Shown: positions 20,549 through 31,936, numbered from the stretch's first letter. The stretch is 64,000 bases of DNA from an uncultured Chloroflexia bacterium (GCA_963811145.1 CAWEQC010000003.1:785511-849510), one strand, 5' to 3'. Numbers and translations: made by a program. Notes: generated from the sequence alone by a model not told the origin.

Positions 20549-22462
20549 CGGCCGCGGCCTCCGCGCCTGGCGCGAGGCCCCAGCTGCCTGTGTCGGCTGG
20601 CGGGCTGCTCCGGTTGGTCCGCCGCGGGTACGGCGCGAGCGGCAGCGCGACCGTGAACGTGCTGCCGCCGCCCGGCGTCGGCTCGACCCAGATCCGGCCG
20701 CCGTGCTCCTCGACGATGCGGCGGCAGATGAAGAGGCCAAGCCCCATGCCGGTGTCGGTGATGCTCTGCGCATTCGATGGCGCGGTAGAAGCGATCGAAG
20801 ATGCGAACGCGTTCTGACGCCGGGATCCCGACGCCCCGGTCGACGACCGCGAATCGCGCCTCGCCGACCCTCGGTCCAGATCCGGATCCGCGGCGGCTCG
20901 GCGCCGCTGCTGTACTTCAGCGCGTTCTCGATGAAGGTTGTCGAGCACCTGCTCGACACGCATCCGATCGATCGAGCTGAGGATCGGCACCGCACGGCTC
21001 GCTGACCTCGAGGGCCAGCCCTTCTCCAGCTGCCGGCTCGGCGCACCGCCTCGACCACAGAGCGCAGGTCGAGCGTCAGGCGGTCCATGACGGCCCCCGG
21101 CTGCTCGAGCCGCTGCGCGTCGAGCAGCTCGTTGATCAGGTCCCGCAGGCGGCGCGACTCGCTGGCAATGCGCGCGACGCCGGCCGCATCGACCGGCGCC
21201 GTTGGATCGCGGGAGATCCGTCGCTCGAGCAGCTCCGCCTGACCGAGCACGACGGTGAGCGGCGTGCGGAGGTCATGCGCCGCCGCCGACAGGAACTCCT
21301 CCTTGAGCCGCGCGGCCTCTTCGCGCCCCTGCAGCTCGCTGGCGTGCCGTGCCCAGCTCACGAGCCTCGAGCAGGACGGCCGTGTGGTCGGCGAGCAGCT
21401 CGATCAGCCACAGGTCGTCCTCGACGAAGATCGGCGCCCGCTCCGCGTAGATGGCGAGCGCGCCGATGCGGCGCTCGTCGGTCGTGATCGGCGCGGCGAT
21501 CACGGTGCGCGCCTGGTTGGTCTCGTAGGTGTGCGGCGTTGTCCGGGTCGTCGGCCGCCGCGTCGCAGCGCAACCACGCGGCGCTGCTCAGTGAAGGCGC
21601 GACCGGCGATGAAGGCCGTGTCGGGGTACTCCAGCCACTCGCCCGCGGCGTCGACGTACCGGAGGATCGATCGGTCGGCGTCGGCGAGGCCGATGCTGGC
21701 GCCGGTTGCTCCGAAGGCGGCCGCCGCCGACTGCTGCAGCTCGGAGAGCACCACCCGATCGTCGCTCGACGCCGACGAGGCGGATGGAGCGCTCCAGGAA
21801 CCCTCGGAGATCAGGCTCGCGCCACGCCCGGCGGATCCAGGAGGGCGGCGCGAAGCCGAGGAAGAACGCGAGCACCGCGGCCAGCGCCGCGAGCTGGCCA
21901 ACGATGCCGAGCAGCGATCCCTCGCTGCCGACCAGCGCGTTCGAGGAAGACGACGACGATCGCCGCGATGAAGAGGACCGCGCCGGTGGCGACGGCCATC
22001 ATGCGACGCCGGGTGATGCCGCGGGTGCGGCCGCTCTGGCGCGCGAATGCGTAGGCGGCGTAGCCACCGACGGCCAGGAACCAGGTGATGATCGCCAGCT
22101 CGACGATCTGCGGCTGCGACGTGAAGGCAAAGCCGAGGGCCGCGATGCCGACGTATGCCACGGCGCCGCGCGACCTGGATCCAGCGCGGCGTGCCGCTGA
22201 AGTCCGCGGCAAGCCGGATCATGGCGTAGGGCGCCAGGTTCAGCAGCAGCAGCAGGAGCGAGGTCACGATCGGCGCGGCAGCCGGTGCTCGGTGAGCTGC
22301 GCGACGCCGGCTCAGCAGTACGACGGCGGTCACCGAGCCGAACAGCAGCGCGGTATCGAAGCCGGCGCGCGAACGCTGACGGAGGGCATCCCACAGGACG
22401 GCCACGAAGAGGCCGACGAAGAGAACCTGGGTGACGAGGCTGATCAGCTCGAGTGCGGTCAT
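20541..22462 (-). CDS. Membrane-bound GAF sensor histidine kinase (multiple frameshifts)
   Basis: N-terminal multi-TM region, GAF segment (IAAPITT...IGALAIY), H-box [16 protein letters not shown]-box ENALKYS, G2 [18 protein letters not shown]. Confidence 0.85.
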
Positions 22463-22526
22463 CTCGGCTCGGGCACGATGTTTCGGCGGATACCAGCACG
22501 CGGCGTGCCACCGAGCAAGCGAATGG

Positions 22527-23087
22527 TCAGGCATCGAAGTCAGGATGGCGGAAGCAGTCGAGCAGGTGATCGTTGACGAGGCCGGCCGACTGCATGAGGG
22601 CGTAGCAGATGGTCGGGCCCACGAACGGAAGCCCCGATCACGGAGCTCGCGCGACATCGAGCGCGAGGCGTCGGTCTGGGCAGGAAGCTCGTCCATCGTG
22701 CGCCATCGGTTCACCACCGGTGTACCGCCCACGAACGACCAGATGAGCTCGACCGGGTCGTCGATGCTCGCGCCAGGCCGCAGCATTGCCGATGAACGCG
22801 TTGACCTTGGCGCGGTTTCGCACGATGCCGGGATCGGCGAGCAGTCGGGCCCGGTCGTCGTCGCCGTAGGCGGCCATGCGCTCGACGTCGAAGTCATCGA
22901 AGGCGGCGCGATACCCCTCGCGCTTGCGAAGGATCGTGATCCAGGCGAGCCCGGCCTGGGCACCCTCGAGGCAGAGGAGCTCGAAGAGCCGATGCGGATC
23001 GCGCATCGGGACTCCCCACTCGGTGTCGTGGTAGCCGATGAGGAGCGCGTCGGTGCCCGCCCAGGGGCAGCGGGGCGGGTCGGTCAC
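22527..23087 (-). CDS. tag: DNA-3-methyladenine glycosylase I (frameshifted)
   Basis: RCPW, YHDTEWGVP, LFELLCLEGAQAGLAW, GIVRNRAK, C-terminal NDHLLDC Zn motif. Confidence 0.92.
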
Positions 23088-24450
23088 AGGCCGAGCACGG
23101 CCCGCGCGATGAGGAAGTAGATGACGAGCCCGCTCGCGTCGACCAGGGTGGTGATGAACGGCGCGCTCATGACGGCCGGGTCGACCCCGACCCGCGGGCG
23201 ATCAGCGGCAGCAGGGAGCCGACGAAGGCGGCCAGGGTGCAGACGGCGAGCAGCGTCAGGCTCACCACGATGCCGATGTCGCGCCCCGCGAAGATCCATG
23301 CGGGTCCGAGCGCCAGCAGGCCGAGCATGCCGCCGAGCAGGAGCCCGACCCGCGCCTCGCGCAGGATCACGCTGCCGAGGTCGTCGTAGCGCACCTCGCC
23401 GACCGCCAGGGCGCGGGTCACGGTGGTCGCCGCCTGGGCTCCCGTGTTGCCACCGGTGCCGATGATCAGCGGGATGAAGAGGGCCAGCGTCACGACCTGG
23501 TGCAGGGTCCCCTCGAAGACCTGGAGCACGTTCACGGTCAGGGTGGCGGCGACGATCAGGAAGAGCAGCCAGACGACGCGGGAACGGGCGATCTGCAGCA
23601 CCGAGGTGCTGAGGTACGGGCGGCCCAGTGGCTCCGCGCCACCGGCGCGTGCGACGTCCTCGGTCACCTCCTCCTCGAGGACCTCCATCGCGTCGTCGAC
23701 GGTGACGATGCCCACGAGGCGGTCCTCGTTGTCGACGATCGGCAGCGCCAGCAGGTCCGCCTCGCGAATCAGGCGCGCAACCTCCTCCTGGTCGGCGTCG
23801 ACGCGCGCCGAGTACACGTCGGTGTCCATGAGCTCGCCGACCGGCGTCTCCGGATCGGCCAGGACGAGGTCTCGGAGCCCGAGCGCGCCGACCAGGCGAC
23901 GATGATCGTCGGTGACCGGCAGCGCGTAGATGGTCTCGGCGGATCGGCCGATGCGCCGCAGCCGATCGAGCGCCTCGCCGGCGGTCATGCCGGCGCGCAG
24001 GCTGGCAACCTCCGGCGACATCAGGCGGCCGGCCGAGTCCTCGGCGTACCCGAGCAGCGTCGAGGTCAGGCGCCGCTCGTTCGGCGAGAGCCCGGCGAGC
24101 AATCGCCGCGCGACCTTCGCCGGCATCTCCTCGGTCAGGCGCGCGCGGTCGTCCGGGTCGAGATCCTCGAAAAGCTCGCGCACGTTCGTCTCGCGCAGCG
24201 CCTCGAGCAGCTCCTGCTGCAGCGATGGGTCCAGGAGCTCGAAGACCTCGAGCGCCCGATCCTTGCTCAGGAGCCGGAATGGCACGGCGCGCTGCTCGCG
24301 CGGCAGGCGCGAGAGCTCGTCCGCGATCTGGACCACGCCGACCTGCCCGAGCCATCGGTCGATGAGCTCGAGGTCGCCGTCCTCGAGCAGCTCGTCGAGC
24401 TCGACGGTGGGGACAGCGTCCGGGGTGCCGGTCAGCGTCGGTCGAGTCAC
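23084..24450 (-). CDS. mgtE: Magnesium transporter MgtE (frameshift near 23195)
   Basis: N-domain, CBS pair (SAGRLMSPE, LVGIVTVDDA), FIPLIIGTGGNTGAQ, DPAVMSAPFITTLVD. Confidence 0.93.
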
Positions 24451-24482
24451 GCCACGGAGGATAGCCGCGCACGACGCGCCAG

Positions 24483-24511
24483 GACGCCCGGACCGTATCG
24501 GCCCGGGCGTC
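24483..24511. terminator. GC-rich hairpin downstream of the small ORF at 24528-24735
   Basis: GACGCCCGGACCG-TAT-CGGCCCGGGCGTC. Confidence 0.5.
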
Positions 24512-24527
24512 TTCTGTGCGGCTGAGG

Positions 24528-24735
24528 TCAGTAGGGGTAGTTCGTGAGCCTCGGCATCCAGTCGGTTGACCGGTGCATCAGCCGCATGAGCAAGCTCGTG
24601 GCGGATCGTGCGAAGCATCGAGCTGATCCTGCCGCCCCTGCCGGTCCTCCGCTCCGACCGTGACGGCCGACTCGGAGGCGGCGAGAAGAACGAGAAGTCG
24701 CTCAGGCCGATCGCCATTGCGCGTGCTGCTGTCAT
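24528..24735 (-). CDS. Small protein of about 68 aa ending ...WMPRLTNYPY (one apparent extra base)
   Basis: Strong RBS GAAAGGAGG before ATG 24735; removing one base near 24565 gives TGG ATG CCG AGG CTC ACG AAC TAC CCC TAC TGA, followed by a hairpin. Confidence 0.5.
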
Positions 24736-24849
24736 CGTGCTGCCTCCTTTCCGTTGAGTGCTATCTGACACCGCCATGATCCCCGGCCCGACGTGCGCCG
24801 GCCACGGCCAGTGGTCGCGGTTCGTCCCCGATGTCGGGACGATGCCGGC

Positions 24850-24861
24850 CTACGTCATCCG
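24850..24861 (+). promoter_or_regulatory. Candidate response-regulator binding motif, copy 2
   Basis: CTACGTCATCCG immediately upstream of the TATGCT -10 (24866-24871) of the cyclase-REC-LuxR gene. Confidence 0.5.
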
Positions 24862-24876
24862 TCGGTATGCTTGCGG

Positions 24877-26115
24877 GTGGAGGACGCCGAACCAGCGACG
24901 CGCCATCTCACCTTCCTGTTTGCCGACGTGGAGGGCAGCACGCGCCTGGTCGAACACCACGGCGCCGATGCCGGCACGGCGCTGTCGCGCTACCACGAGC
25001 TGGTCGAATCGCATTCCGCACGCCGCGGCGGGCGGCTGTTCGAGCGCATCGGTGACGGCGCCTACGCCTGCTTTCCCTCGACGCGTCGGAGGCCGTCGCT
25101 GCGGCCGACGACATCCAGGACGGCAATCGCGGATCATGACTGGGGCGATGTCGGGCGCATCCGCATTCGAATCGCGCTGGTGAGCGGCGAGGTCGAGGTG
25201 CAGGGCGATCGCTTCTACGGGCGAGCACTGTTCCGTGCCGCGCGGCTGCAGGCCTTCGCCAAGGGCGGCGAGACGCTGATCGCCGGAAGCACCGTCGCGG
25301 AGCTGGGCGGGGCGCTGCCACCGGGGACCATCCTCCGCGACCTCGGCACGCAGCGGCTCCGCGACGTCCCGGAGCCGGAACGGGTATTCGCGCTGGTGCA
25401 TACTTCCCGCGCCCGTTCCAGTGACGCGGCCCAGGCGGACGAAGCCGAGATGCAGGGGACCGATACGGTGATTGACGAAGAAGGGCCGATCCGCGTGCTG
25501 CTCGTCGACGACCACTCGGTGGTGCGACGCGGCCTGCGCGGTTTCCTGGAGCTCCTCAAGGACTTCGACGTGGTCGGAGAGGCGGAGAATGGTCGCGAAG
25601 GCGTCGCGGCGGCCGACCGGCTCGCCCCCGACGTGATCCTCATGGACCTGCTCATGCCCGAGATGGGCGGCCTCGAGGCCATCGCGGCCATCAAGCAGGC
25701 GCATCCCGAGATCGAGATCGTGGCGGTCACCTCGTTCATCGAGGAGGAGAAGGTGACCTCCGCGCTGGAGGCGGGAGCATCGGGCTATCTGCTCAAGGAC
25801 GCCGAGGCCGAGGAGGTGGCGCAGGCGATCCGCGCCGCGTATAACGGCGAGGTCCACCTGGATCCGGCCGTTTCGCGCCTGCTGGCGCAACGACTCCGCC
25901 AGCGGAAGGACGCCGAGCCGATCGAGCCGCTCACGGCGCGCGAGAAGGAGGTCCTCTCACAGCTGGCCAAGGGCGCCAGCAACAAGGAGATCGCCTACGA
26001 GCTGGGCATCACCGAGCGCACAGCACGCACCCACGTCTCGAACATCCTCGGCAAGCTGGCGCTGGCCTCGCGGACCCAGGCCGCCCTGTACGCCGTGGAG
26101 CACAAGCTGGTCTGA
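24877..26115 (+). CDS. Class III nucleotide-cyclase domain, REC and LuxR/NarL HTH fusion response regulator
   Basis: LTFLFADVEGST, ERIGDG, RAARLQ, RDLGTQRLRDVPEPERVF, then IRVLLVDDH, ILMDLLMP, GYLLKD, LTAREKEVL, SNKEIA, HVSNILGKL in one ORF. Confidence 0.85.
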   Translation: MEDAEPATRHLTFLFADVEGSTRLVEHHGADAGTALSRYHELVESHSARRGGRLFERIGDGAYACFPSTRRRPSLRPTTSRTAIADHDWGDVGRIRIRIALVSGEVEVQGDRFYGRALFRAARLQAFAKGGETLIAGSTVAELGGALPPGTILRDLGTQRLRDVPEPERVFALVHTSRARSSDAAQADEAEMQGTDTVIDEEGPIRVLLVDDHSVVRRGLRGFLELLKDFDVVGEAENGREGVAAADRLAPDVILMDLLMPEMGGLEAIAAIKQAHPEIEIVAVTSFIEEEKVTSALEAGASGYLLKDAEAEEVAQAIRAAYNGEVHLDPAVSRLLAQRLRQRKDAEPIEPLTAREKEVLSQLAKGASNKEIAYELGITERTARTHVSNILGKLALASRTQAALYAVEHKLV

Positions 26116-26134
26116 CCCCGACGGGCATGGCGAA

Positions 26135-26158
26135 GGCGGGCCGGTTTCCCGGCCCGCC
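26135..26158. terminator. Hairpin between convergent genes
   Basis: GGCGGGCCGG-TTTC-CCGGCCCGCC, a perfect 10-bp stem with a GAAA loop on the minus strand. Confidence 0.65.
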
Positions 26159-26175
26159 CATCGGTGCGGTGGTGA

Positions 26176-26604
26176 CTAGGCGGTCTGACGGAAGCGCTCC
26201 GGAACGATCGGCTCGACCGAATTGAGCGCCGACCGGACCAGGCCCATCGGGCTGCCGTAGACGCGGATGACGTCCACGACGAGCAGCGTGACCAGGGCGA
26301 CCTCGATGCCCTTGGCGATGAAGCCGAGGGTGAAGTAGGGGCCCATCACCAGGTAACCGGCGATCGTCATGAGCGTGTAGCCGATGAGCGCCAGGCGCGG
26401 GAACCAGCTGAACCGCTCCACGGTCGCCACCGGGGCGGCGGCGCCGATCACGATCAGCGCGGCCAGGCCAAGGTAGCCGAGCGCGTTGAGGGTGAAGAGC
26501 AGTCCACCGAGGGTCGAGTGGATGTATGCCGTCGCGAGGGTGAGCCCGACGATGGCGACGGTGAGCACGGCGCCGGCGGCGCGTGTGCGCAGGAACTGGG
26601 GCAT
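26176..26604 (-). CDS. Four-TM hypothetical membrane protein
   Basis: RBS GGAGG; MPQFLRT...LATAYIHSTLGGLLFTLNALGY...GFIAKGIE. Confidence 0.75.
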   Translation of the reverse strand: MPQFLRTRAAGAVLTVAIVGLTLATAYIHSTLGGLLFTLNALGYLGLAALIVIGAAAPVATVERFSWFPRLALIGYTLMTIAGYLVMGPYFTLGFIAKGIEVALVTLLVVDVIRVYGSPMGLVRSALNSVEPIVPERFRQTA

Positions 26605-26779
26605 TGCGGGGACCTCCGTTCGGATGAGGGCTCGATGCCCGCGTCGGCATCGGTTCGCAGTGGCTGACCGAAGTCTCACCGCGATGGGTCGGGGTGGAAT
26701 CGGCCATCCGGGGCAGGGCTTCGCAAGACATATGACTGTAGGAGCCGCTCGCGCGGGATGGCGTATCCTCTGCGCCCTC

Positions 26780-29700
26780 ATGACCCGCGCCCCGTCCCGC
26801 CCGAAGCCGAAGACGCCGGTACGCGCGATCCGCGAGCAGCCGGACAGCCACGCGCTGCTGTCGCGCGCCGTCGAGGAGGCCGCCCGCCTGTTGAACGCGG
26901 ATGGCGCAATGGTCTACCTCGTCGACCGGGATCAGGGCCGGCTCCAGTTCGCGGTCGATGCCGGCATCAGCAACGCCGAGGCTCGCCAGCTGATCCGCGA
27001 CCTGTCGCTACCGGTCGGCGTCGGCCTCTTCGGCCACGCGATCGCGACCCGCGAGGTGGTCGTCTCGGGAGACTACCGGCGCGACAAGCGCTTCCCCCAT
27101 TCGCCGGTCGCGGACCGGATCGTGACCATCACCAACATGCGCTCGATGGTCGCCGCGCCCCTCATCGCCGAGGGCGACGTGCTCGGTGCGCTCGGGGCGT
27201 ACTCGTCGCAGATCGACGACTTCGACGAGGCCGAGGTCGCCCTTCTGCGGGCCCTGGCCGATCACGCCGCCGCAGCCATTGCCAACCAGCGCCTCATCGA
27301 ACGCCTCGCGCGCTCGCAGGAGGAGCTTGCGCGACGGGTCGAGGCGCAACGCACGCTGGGCGAGATCGCGGCCAGCATCGCGGTCATCCGGCAGCCCGGC
27401 GAGATCCTGCACTCGGTGGTCGACGCCGCCCGACGGCTCATCGGCTCCGACGGCGCGCACCTGACGTTGATGCAGCCAGGCGGGCACGTCCTGCGACCGA
27501 CGGTCGTGGTCGGCGGCAACGCCGCATGGACGGAGGACTGGCTCGCGCAGCTCGACTTCCCGGTTGACGGGGGAATCAACGGGCTTGCGGCAGCGCGTGG
27601 CGAGGTGATCCACACGGAGGACTACCTGCTCGATCCCCGGATTCCGCACGACGAGGCCGACCAGTCGGTCGCGGAACGACTGGCCCTGCGTGGCATGGCC
27701 GCCGCGCCGATGCTCGCGCCCGGCGGCGAGGTGATCGGCACCCTGGCCGTCTCGTTCGGGGCACCCCATCGGTTCAGTGACGACGAGCTCACGCTGCTCC
27801 AGGGGCTGGCGGACCAGGGTGCCATCGCCATCTCGAACGCTCGCCTGACCGAGGAGCTCGAACGGTCCAGGGAGCAGTACCGATACCTGGTCGACGAGTC
27901 GGTCGACATCATGTGGTCGATCGACGCCGACATGCGGTTCACGTACATCAGCGACAGCGTCGAGCGCATGACCGGCTTCCGGCCCGACGAGCTCATCGGC
28001 GAGCATGTCTCGATCGCCACCGCGCCGGAATCGATGGACCTCGTGGCGGCCACCTTCTCCGAGCTTCGCGAGCACCCCGAGCGCGTGTACCGGCTCCGGA
28101 TTCTCGAGCCGCGCAAGGACGGAAGCATGCTGCCGGTCGAGATCCGGGCGACGGGCATCATGGATGCCGACGGCCGGCTGACCGGCGCGCACGGCACCAA
28201 CCGCGACATCACCGAGATCGCGCGCCTCGAGCAGGACCTGCGGGAGCAGGCGGATGAGCTCGCCCACCGCGTCGAGGCCCAGCGCACGCTGGCCGAGATG
28301 GCCGCGCAGCTGACCTCGCTGCGCGATCCCTCGGCCGTGCTCGAGCAGACCCTCACCGCCGCCGTGCGGCTGCTCAAGGGCCACGGCGGCCAGATCGGCA
28401 TGGTGGCTGCCGACGCCGAGGGCATCGTGCGCTGGGGGGATGGCCAGTCGCTCGTCAACGATGAGCTCGTCGCGTTCACCGAGCGTGATCACACCAGGGC
28501 CGACGACGGCGTCTCCGGTCGGGCGATCCAGATCGGGCGCGCCACGTGGACGGACGACTACCTCACCGATGACTCCTTCACGCACGAGGCGCTGTCGGAC
28601 GCCGTCGCGCGCGATCTCGGCATCCGTGCCGTGGTTGCTGCACCGCTGCTCGGCGAGGATGGGCCGATGGGCGCCATCGGCGTCTTTGCACGGACCCCCG
28701 GGGCTTTCGGCGCCGATTCGGGCGAGCTGCTCGGTCTGCTCGCCGACCAGGCGGCGATCGTGCTGGCCAATGCCAGCCTCAACGCTGAGGCGGAGGTCAC
28801 GGCCGAGAAGCTCGCTCACCAGGTCGAGGCGCAGCGAACCCTGGGTGAGATCGCGGCCTCGATCACGTCGCTCCGCGACCCCTCAGCCGTCCTGAGCCGC
28901 GCGGTGGCGGAGGCGAAACGATTGCTCGACGCGGAGCACGTCGTCATCCACCAGGTGCGCGCCGGGACGACCGAGCTCGCCGACTACCGCGAGGCCCTCG
29001 GCGCCGGGGGAGCCGCGCGACCGGTCGAGGAGACCGTCGTCAGCATCGGCCAGGGCATCGCCGGGCGGGCGGTTGCCGAGGGAACCGTGGCGTGGACGGG
29101 CGACTACCTCGTCGACGAGTCGTTCACGCACACAGCGCGCGCCGACGAGTGGATCGGACGCTACGGCTATCGGTCGCAGATGAGCGCGCCGCTGATCGGC
29201 GAGTCGGAACCGCTCGGGGCGATCAGCGCGTATTCGTCGCGGCCGAACGCGTTCGACAAGGACGACGCCGAGCTGCTCGGAGCGCTCGCCAGCCAGGCGG
29301 CGATCGTGCTGGGCAACGCGCGCCTGTACGAGGAGCTCGAGCGCCGGGTCGAGGCACAGCGCTCGCTCGGCGAGATCGCGGCGCGCATCACGGCCATCCG
29401 CGATCCGGGCGACGTCCTGCAGCGAACGCTCGACGAGGCCGTGCGGCTCCTGGACGCCGACGGCGGCAGGATCGAGCTTGTGGCTGCCACTGGTGGGCTG
29501 CACTGGGCATTCGGCCACTCTGCCATCGACCTGCCGATCGAGCGGGACGAGACCGCCGACCCGGTCGAGCTCAACGAGGGCGTCTCCGGGCGCGCGGTGA
29601 TCGAGCGACGGGTCGTCCGCACCGGCGACTACCTTGCCGATCCCGAGTTCACCCATACCGAGGCGCCCGACCGCTACATCCGCCAGCACGGGATCCGATC

Positions 29701-31936
29701 CGTGATGAGCGCGCCGCTGATCGGCGAAGACGGCGCGATCGGCTCACTGACCGTCCACTCCCAGGCCCGTGACGCGTTCGACGCCGCAAACGCGGAGCTG
29801 CTCGAGGTGCTGGCCAGCCAGGCGGCCATCGCCGTCACCAACGCCCGTCTCTACGAGCAGCTCGGCGAGGAGTCGGCGGCTCTGGCCCGCCAGACCGACT
29901 CGCAGCGGCGGCTGCTCCAGATCAACCAGCAGCTCCTCTCGACGCTCGAGCCCGCCAGCGTCCTCGAGCTGATCGCCGACGGCCTCAAGAGCGTGGTCTG
30001 GTACGACAACCTCAGCGTCTATCGGGTCGACGAGGAGGATCACGGGGGGACCCTGAAGCCGATGCTGGCCCGCGACGAGCGCTACGCCGAGGAGCTGCTC
30101 GGCTTCTCGATCCCGAGGGGTCAGGGCCTCACCTGGTGGACGGTCGAGCACCGCGAGCCGATTCTCCAGAACGACGCGCTCAGCGATGCGCGCCTCATCC
30201 AGATCCCGGGGACGCCGCTCGACGACCAGGCGATCATCATCGTTCCGCTGGTCAGCGGCGACGAGGTCATCGGCGCCATGAATATCGGCCGCATGGGCGG
30301 CAGCGAGGTGGCGTTCACCGAAGCGGATTTCGAGCTCGTCCAGCTCTTCGCTGCGCAGGCCGCCGTGGCGATCACGAACGCTCGCCTCTGGGAGGAGCTT
30401 CGGGAGCGCTCCGACGCCCAGCGCAGCCTGGCCGAGATCGCGGCCCAGATCGCCTCGCTGCACGACCCGCTGACCGTGATCCAGCGGGCGGTCGCCGATG
30501 CCGCACGGCTTCTGCGCGCCGACCGCGCCCAGATCAACCTGGCCGCCGAGGGCGGCGAGCATCTCGAGCGACCGATCGCGGCCGCCCCGCTGCCGCCGTC
30601 ACCTGACGACGTCGTCGTGCCACTCGGCTCGGGCATTGCCGGCATGGCCGCCGCGGAGCGCCGCGTGCGCTGGACCGGGGACTATCTCGGCGACGATGAC
30701 TTCCCGCACGACGAGGGTGACGCGCGCATCGAGGCGCAGGACATCCACTCGATGATGTCGGCGCCGCTGGTCGGCCCCGATCGCCTGATCGGCACCATCA
30801 CCGTCCAGTCGACCGCCACGAACGCATTCAACGCCGGGGACGCTGAGCTGCTCAAGCTGCTCGCCGACCAGGCGGCCATCGCGCTGACGAACGCTCGCCT
30901 GTACGCCGAGGTCGAGGAGTCCGAGCGCCGATATCGCCACCTCGTCGACAACTCGCCCGACATCGTGTGGAGCGTCGACGCCGACGGCAACTTCAGCTTC
31001 TTCAGCGATTCGCTCGAATCGCGGACGGGCTGGAAGCCGGAGGAGCTCCTCGGCCGCCCGTTCGGCGCGCTGGCTTCAGAAGGGGAGCTTGCCCCGGCGA
31101 TCGCCGCGTTCGAGCTGCTGAAGCTCGATCCGGATCGGGAGCAGCGTTTCCGTCTCGACCTTCCGCTGCCCGACGGCCGCATCAGCCAGACCGAGGTCGC
31201 CATGACCGGCACCATCGTCGATGGCCGCTTCGCCGGTGCGCACGGCTCGGTCCGCGACATCAGCGAGCGCGAGCGGCTGGCGGGCGACCTGCGCGACCAG
31301 GCCGCCGAGCTCGCGGCCAGCCAGGAGCGGGCTCACCTGGCGCGTGAGCTGCACGATTCGGTGACGCAGGCACTGTTCAGCATGGGGCTCACGCTCCGCA
31401 CCCTCGAGATCCTGATGGCCTCGGACCCCGAGGCGGCGCGCGGCAAGCTGGTCGAGCTGCGCGAGCTCCAGAAGGACGCGCTGGCCGAGATGCGAACCCT
31501 CATCTTCGAGCTGCGACCGTCGAGCCTGGAATCCGATGGGCTCGTGCAGGCACTTCGCACGCACGCCACCGCCGTCCAGCGTCGAACGGGCCTCACCATC
31601 GTGGTCGACGCGGAGCCGATCGAGCGCCTGGCCCTGCCGGCCGAGGAGGCGCTGTATCGGATCGGGCAGGAGGCGCTCCACAACGTCGTGAAGCATGCGA
31701 ACGCCTCGAACGTCACGCTGCGCATCGTTGCCGACGGCAGTCGCGTGCTGCTGAGCGTCACCGACGACGGGGTCGGCTTCGCGCCGGACCAGGTGCCGCG
31801 CGGCCATCTCGGCCTCATCGGCATGCGCCAGCGGGTCGACCTCGTGGGCGGCGAGCTGCGCGTCGAGAGCAAGGCCGGTGGCGGCACCTCCATCGAGGCG
31901 GCGGTGCCGATTGGCGAGGACACCTCGGCCGAATGA
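26780..31936 (+). CDS. Cytoplasmic multi-sensor histidine kinase: GAF-GAF-PAS-GAFx5-PAS-HisKA_3-HATPase (1718 aa)
   Basis: Seven repeats ending LAxQ/HA...NAR/QL, two PAS units (YRYLVDES...RDITE; YRHLVDNSPD...RDISER), ERAHLARELHDSVTQAL, YRIGQEALHNVVKHA, DDGVGF, HLGLIGMRQR; no TM segment, no frameshift. Confidence 0.93.
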   Translation: MTRAPSRPKPKTPVRAIREQPDSHALLSRAVEEAARLLNADGAMVYLVDRDQGRLQFAVDAGISNAEARQLIRDLSLPVGVGLFGHAIATREVVVSGDYRRDKRFPHSPVADRIVTITNMRSMVAAPLIAEGDVLGALGAYSSQIDDFDEAEVALLRALADHAAAAIANQRLIERLARSQEELARRVEAQRTLGEIAASIAVIRQPGEILHSVVDAARRLIGSDGAHLTLMQPGGHVLRPTVVVGGNAAWTEDWLAQLDFPVDGGINGLAAARGEVIHTEDYLLDPRIPHDEADQSVAERLALRGMAAAPMLAPGGEVIGTLAVSFGAPHRFSDDELTLLQGLADQGAIAISNARLTEELERSREQYRYLVDESVDIMWSIDADMRFTYISDSVERMTGFRPDELIGEHVSIATAPESMDLVAATFSELREHPERVYRLRILEPRKDGSMLPVEIRATGIMDADGRLTGAHGTNRDITEIARLEQDLREQADELAHRVEAQRTLAEMAAQLTSLRDPSAVLEQTLTAAVRLLKGHGGQIGMVAADAEGIVRWGDGQSLVNDELVAFTERDHTRADDGVSGRAIQIGRATWTDDYLTDDSFTHEALSDAVARDLGIRAVVAAPLLGEDGPMGAIGVFARTPGAFGADSGELLGLLADQAAIVLANASLNAEAEVTAEKLAHQVEAQRTLGEIAASITSLRDPSAVLSRAVAEAKRLLDAEHVVIHQVRAGTTELADYREALGAGGAARPVEETVVSIGQGIAGRAVAEGTVAWTGDYLVDESFTHTARADEWIGRYGYRSQMSAPLIGESEPLGAISAYSSRPNAFDKDDAELLGALASQAAIVLGNARLYEELERRVEAQRSLGEIAARITAIRDPGDVLQRTLDEAVRLLDADGGRIELVAATGGLHWAFGHSAIDLPIERDETADPVELNEGVSGRAVIERRVVRTGDYLADPEFTHTEAPDRYIRQHGIRSVMSAPLIGEDGAIGSLTVHSQARDAFDAANAELLEVLASQAAIAVTNARLYEQLGEESAALARQTDSQRRLLQINQQLLSTLEPASVLELIADGLKSVVWYDNLSVYRVDEEDHGGTLKPMLARDERYAEELLGFSIPRGQGLTWWTVEHREPILQNDALSDARLIQIPGTPLDDQAIIIVPLVSGDEVIGAMNIGRMGGSEVAFTEADFELVQLFAAQAAVAITNARLWEELRERSDAQRSLAEIAAQIASLHDPLTVIQRAVADAARLLRADRAQINLAAEGGEHLERPIAAAPLPPSPDDVVVPLGSGIAGMAAAERRVRWTGDYLGDDDFPHDEGDARIEAQDIHSMMSAPLVGPDRLIGTITVQSTATNAFNAGDAELLKLLADQAAIALTNARLYAEVEESERRYRHLVDNSPDIVWSVDADGNFSFFSDSLESRTGWKPEELLGRPFGALASEGELAPAIAAFELLKLDPDREQRFRLDLPLPDGRISQTEVAMTGTIVDGRFAGAHGSVRDISERERLAGDLRDQAAELAASQERAHLARELHDSVTQALFSMGLTLRTLEILMASDPEAARGKLVELRELQKDALAEMRTLIFELRPSSLESDGLVQALRTHATAVQRRTGLTIVVDAEPIERLALPAEEALYRIGQEALHNVVKHANASNVTLRIVADGSRVLLSVTDDGVGFAPDQVPRGHLGLIGMRQRVDLVGGELRVESKAGGGTSIEAAVPIGEDTSAE

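Noticed and set aside
23167-24777. MgtE with a long N-terminal extension or an upstream M-box riboswitch
   Set aside because: The extension is better explained by a separate small gene plus hairpin. mgtE has TATCCT 7 nt before GTG 24450, and no ykoK consensus was seen.
26780-31936. Giant GAF kinase as a phytochrome or cyanobacteriochrome
   Set aside because: No Cys is visible in the translated GAF domains for bilin attachment and there is no PAS-GAF-PHY arrangement.
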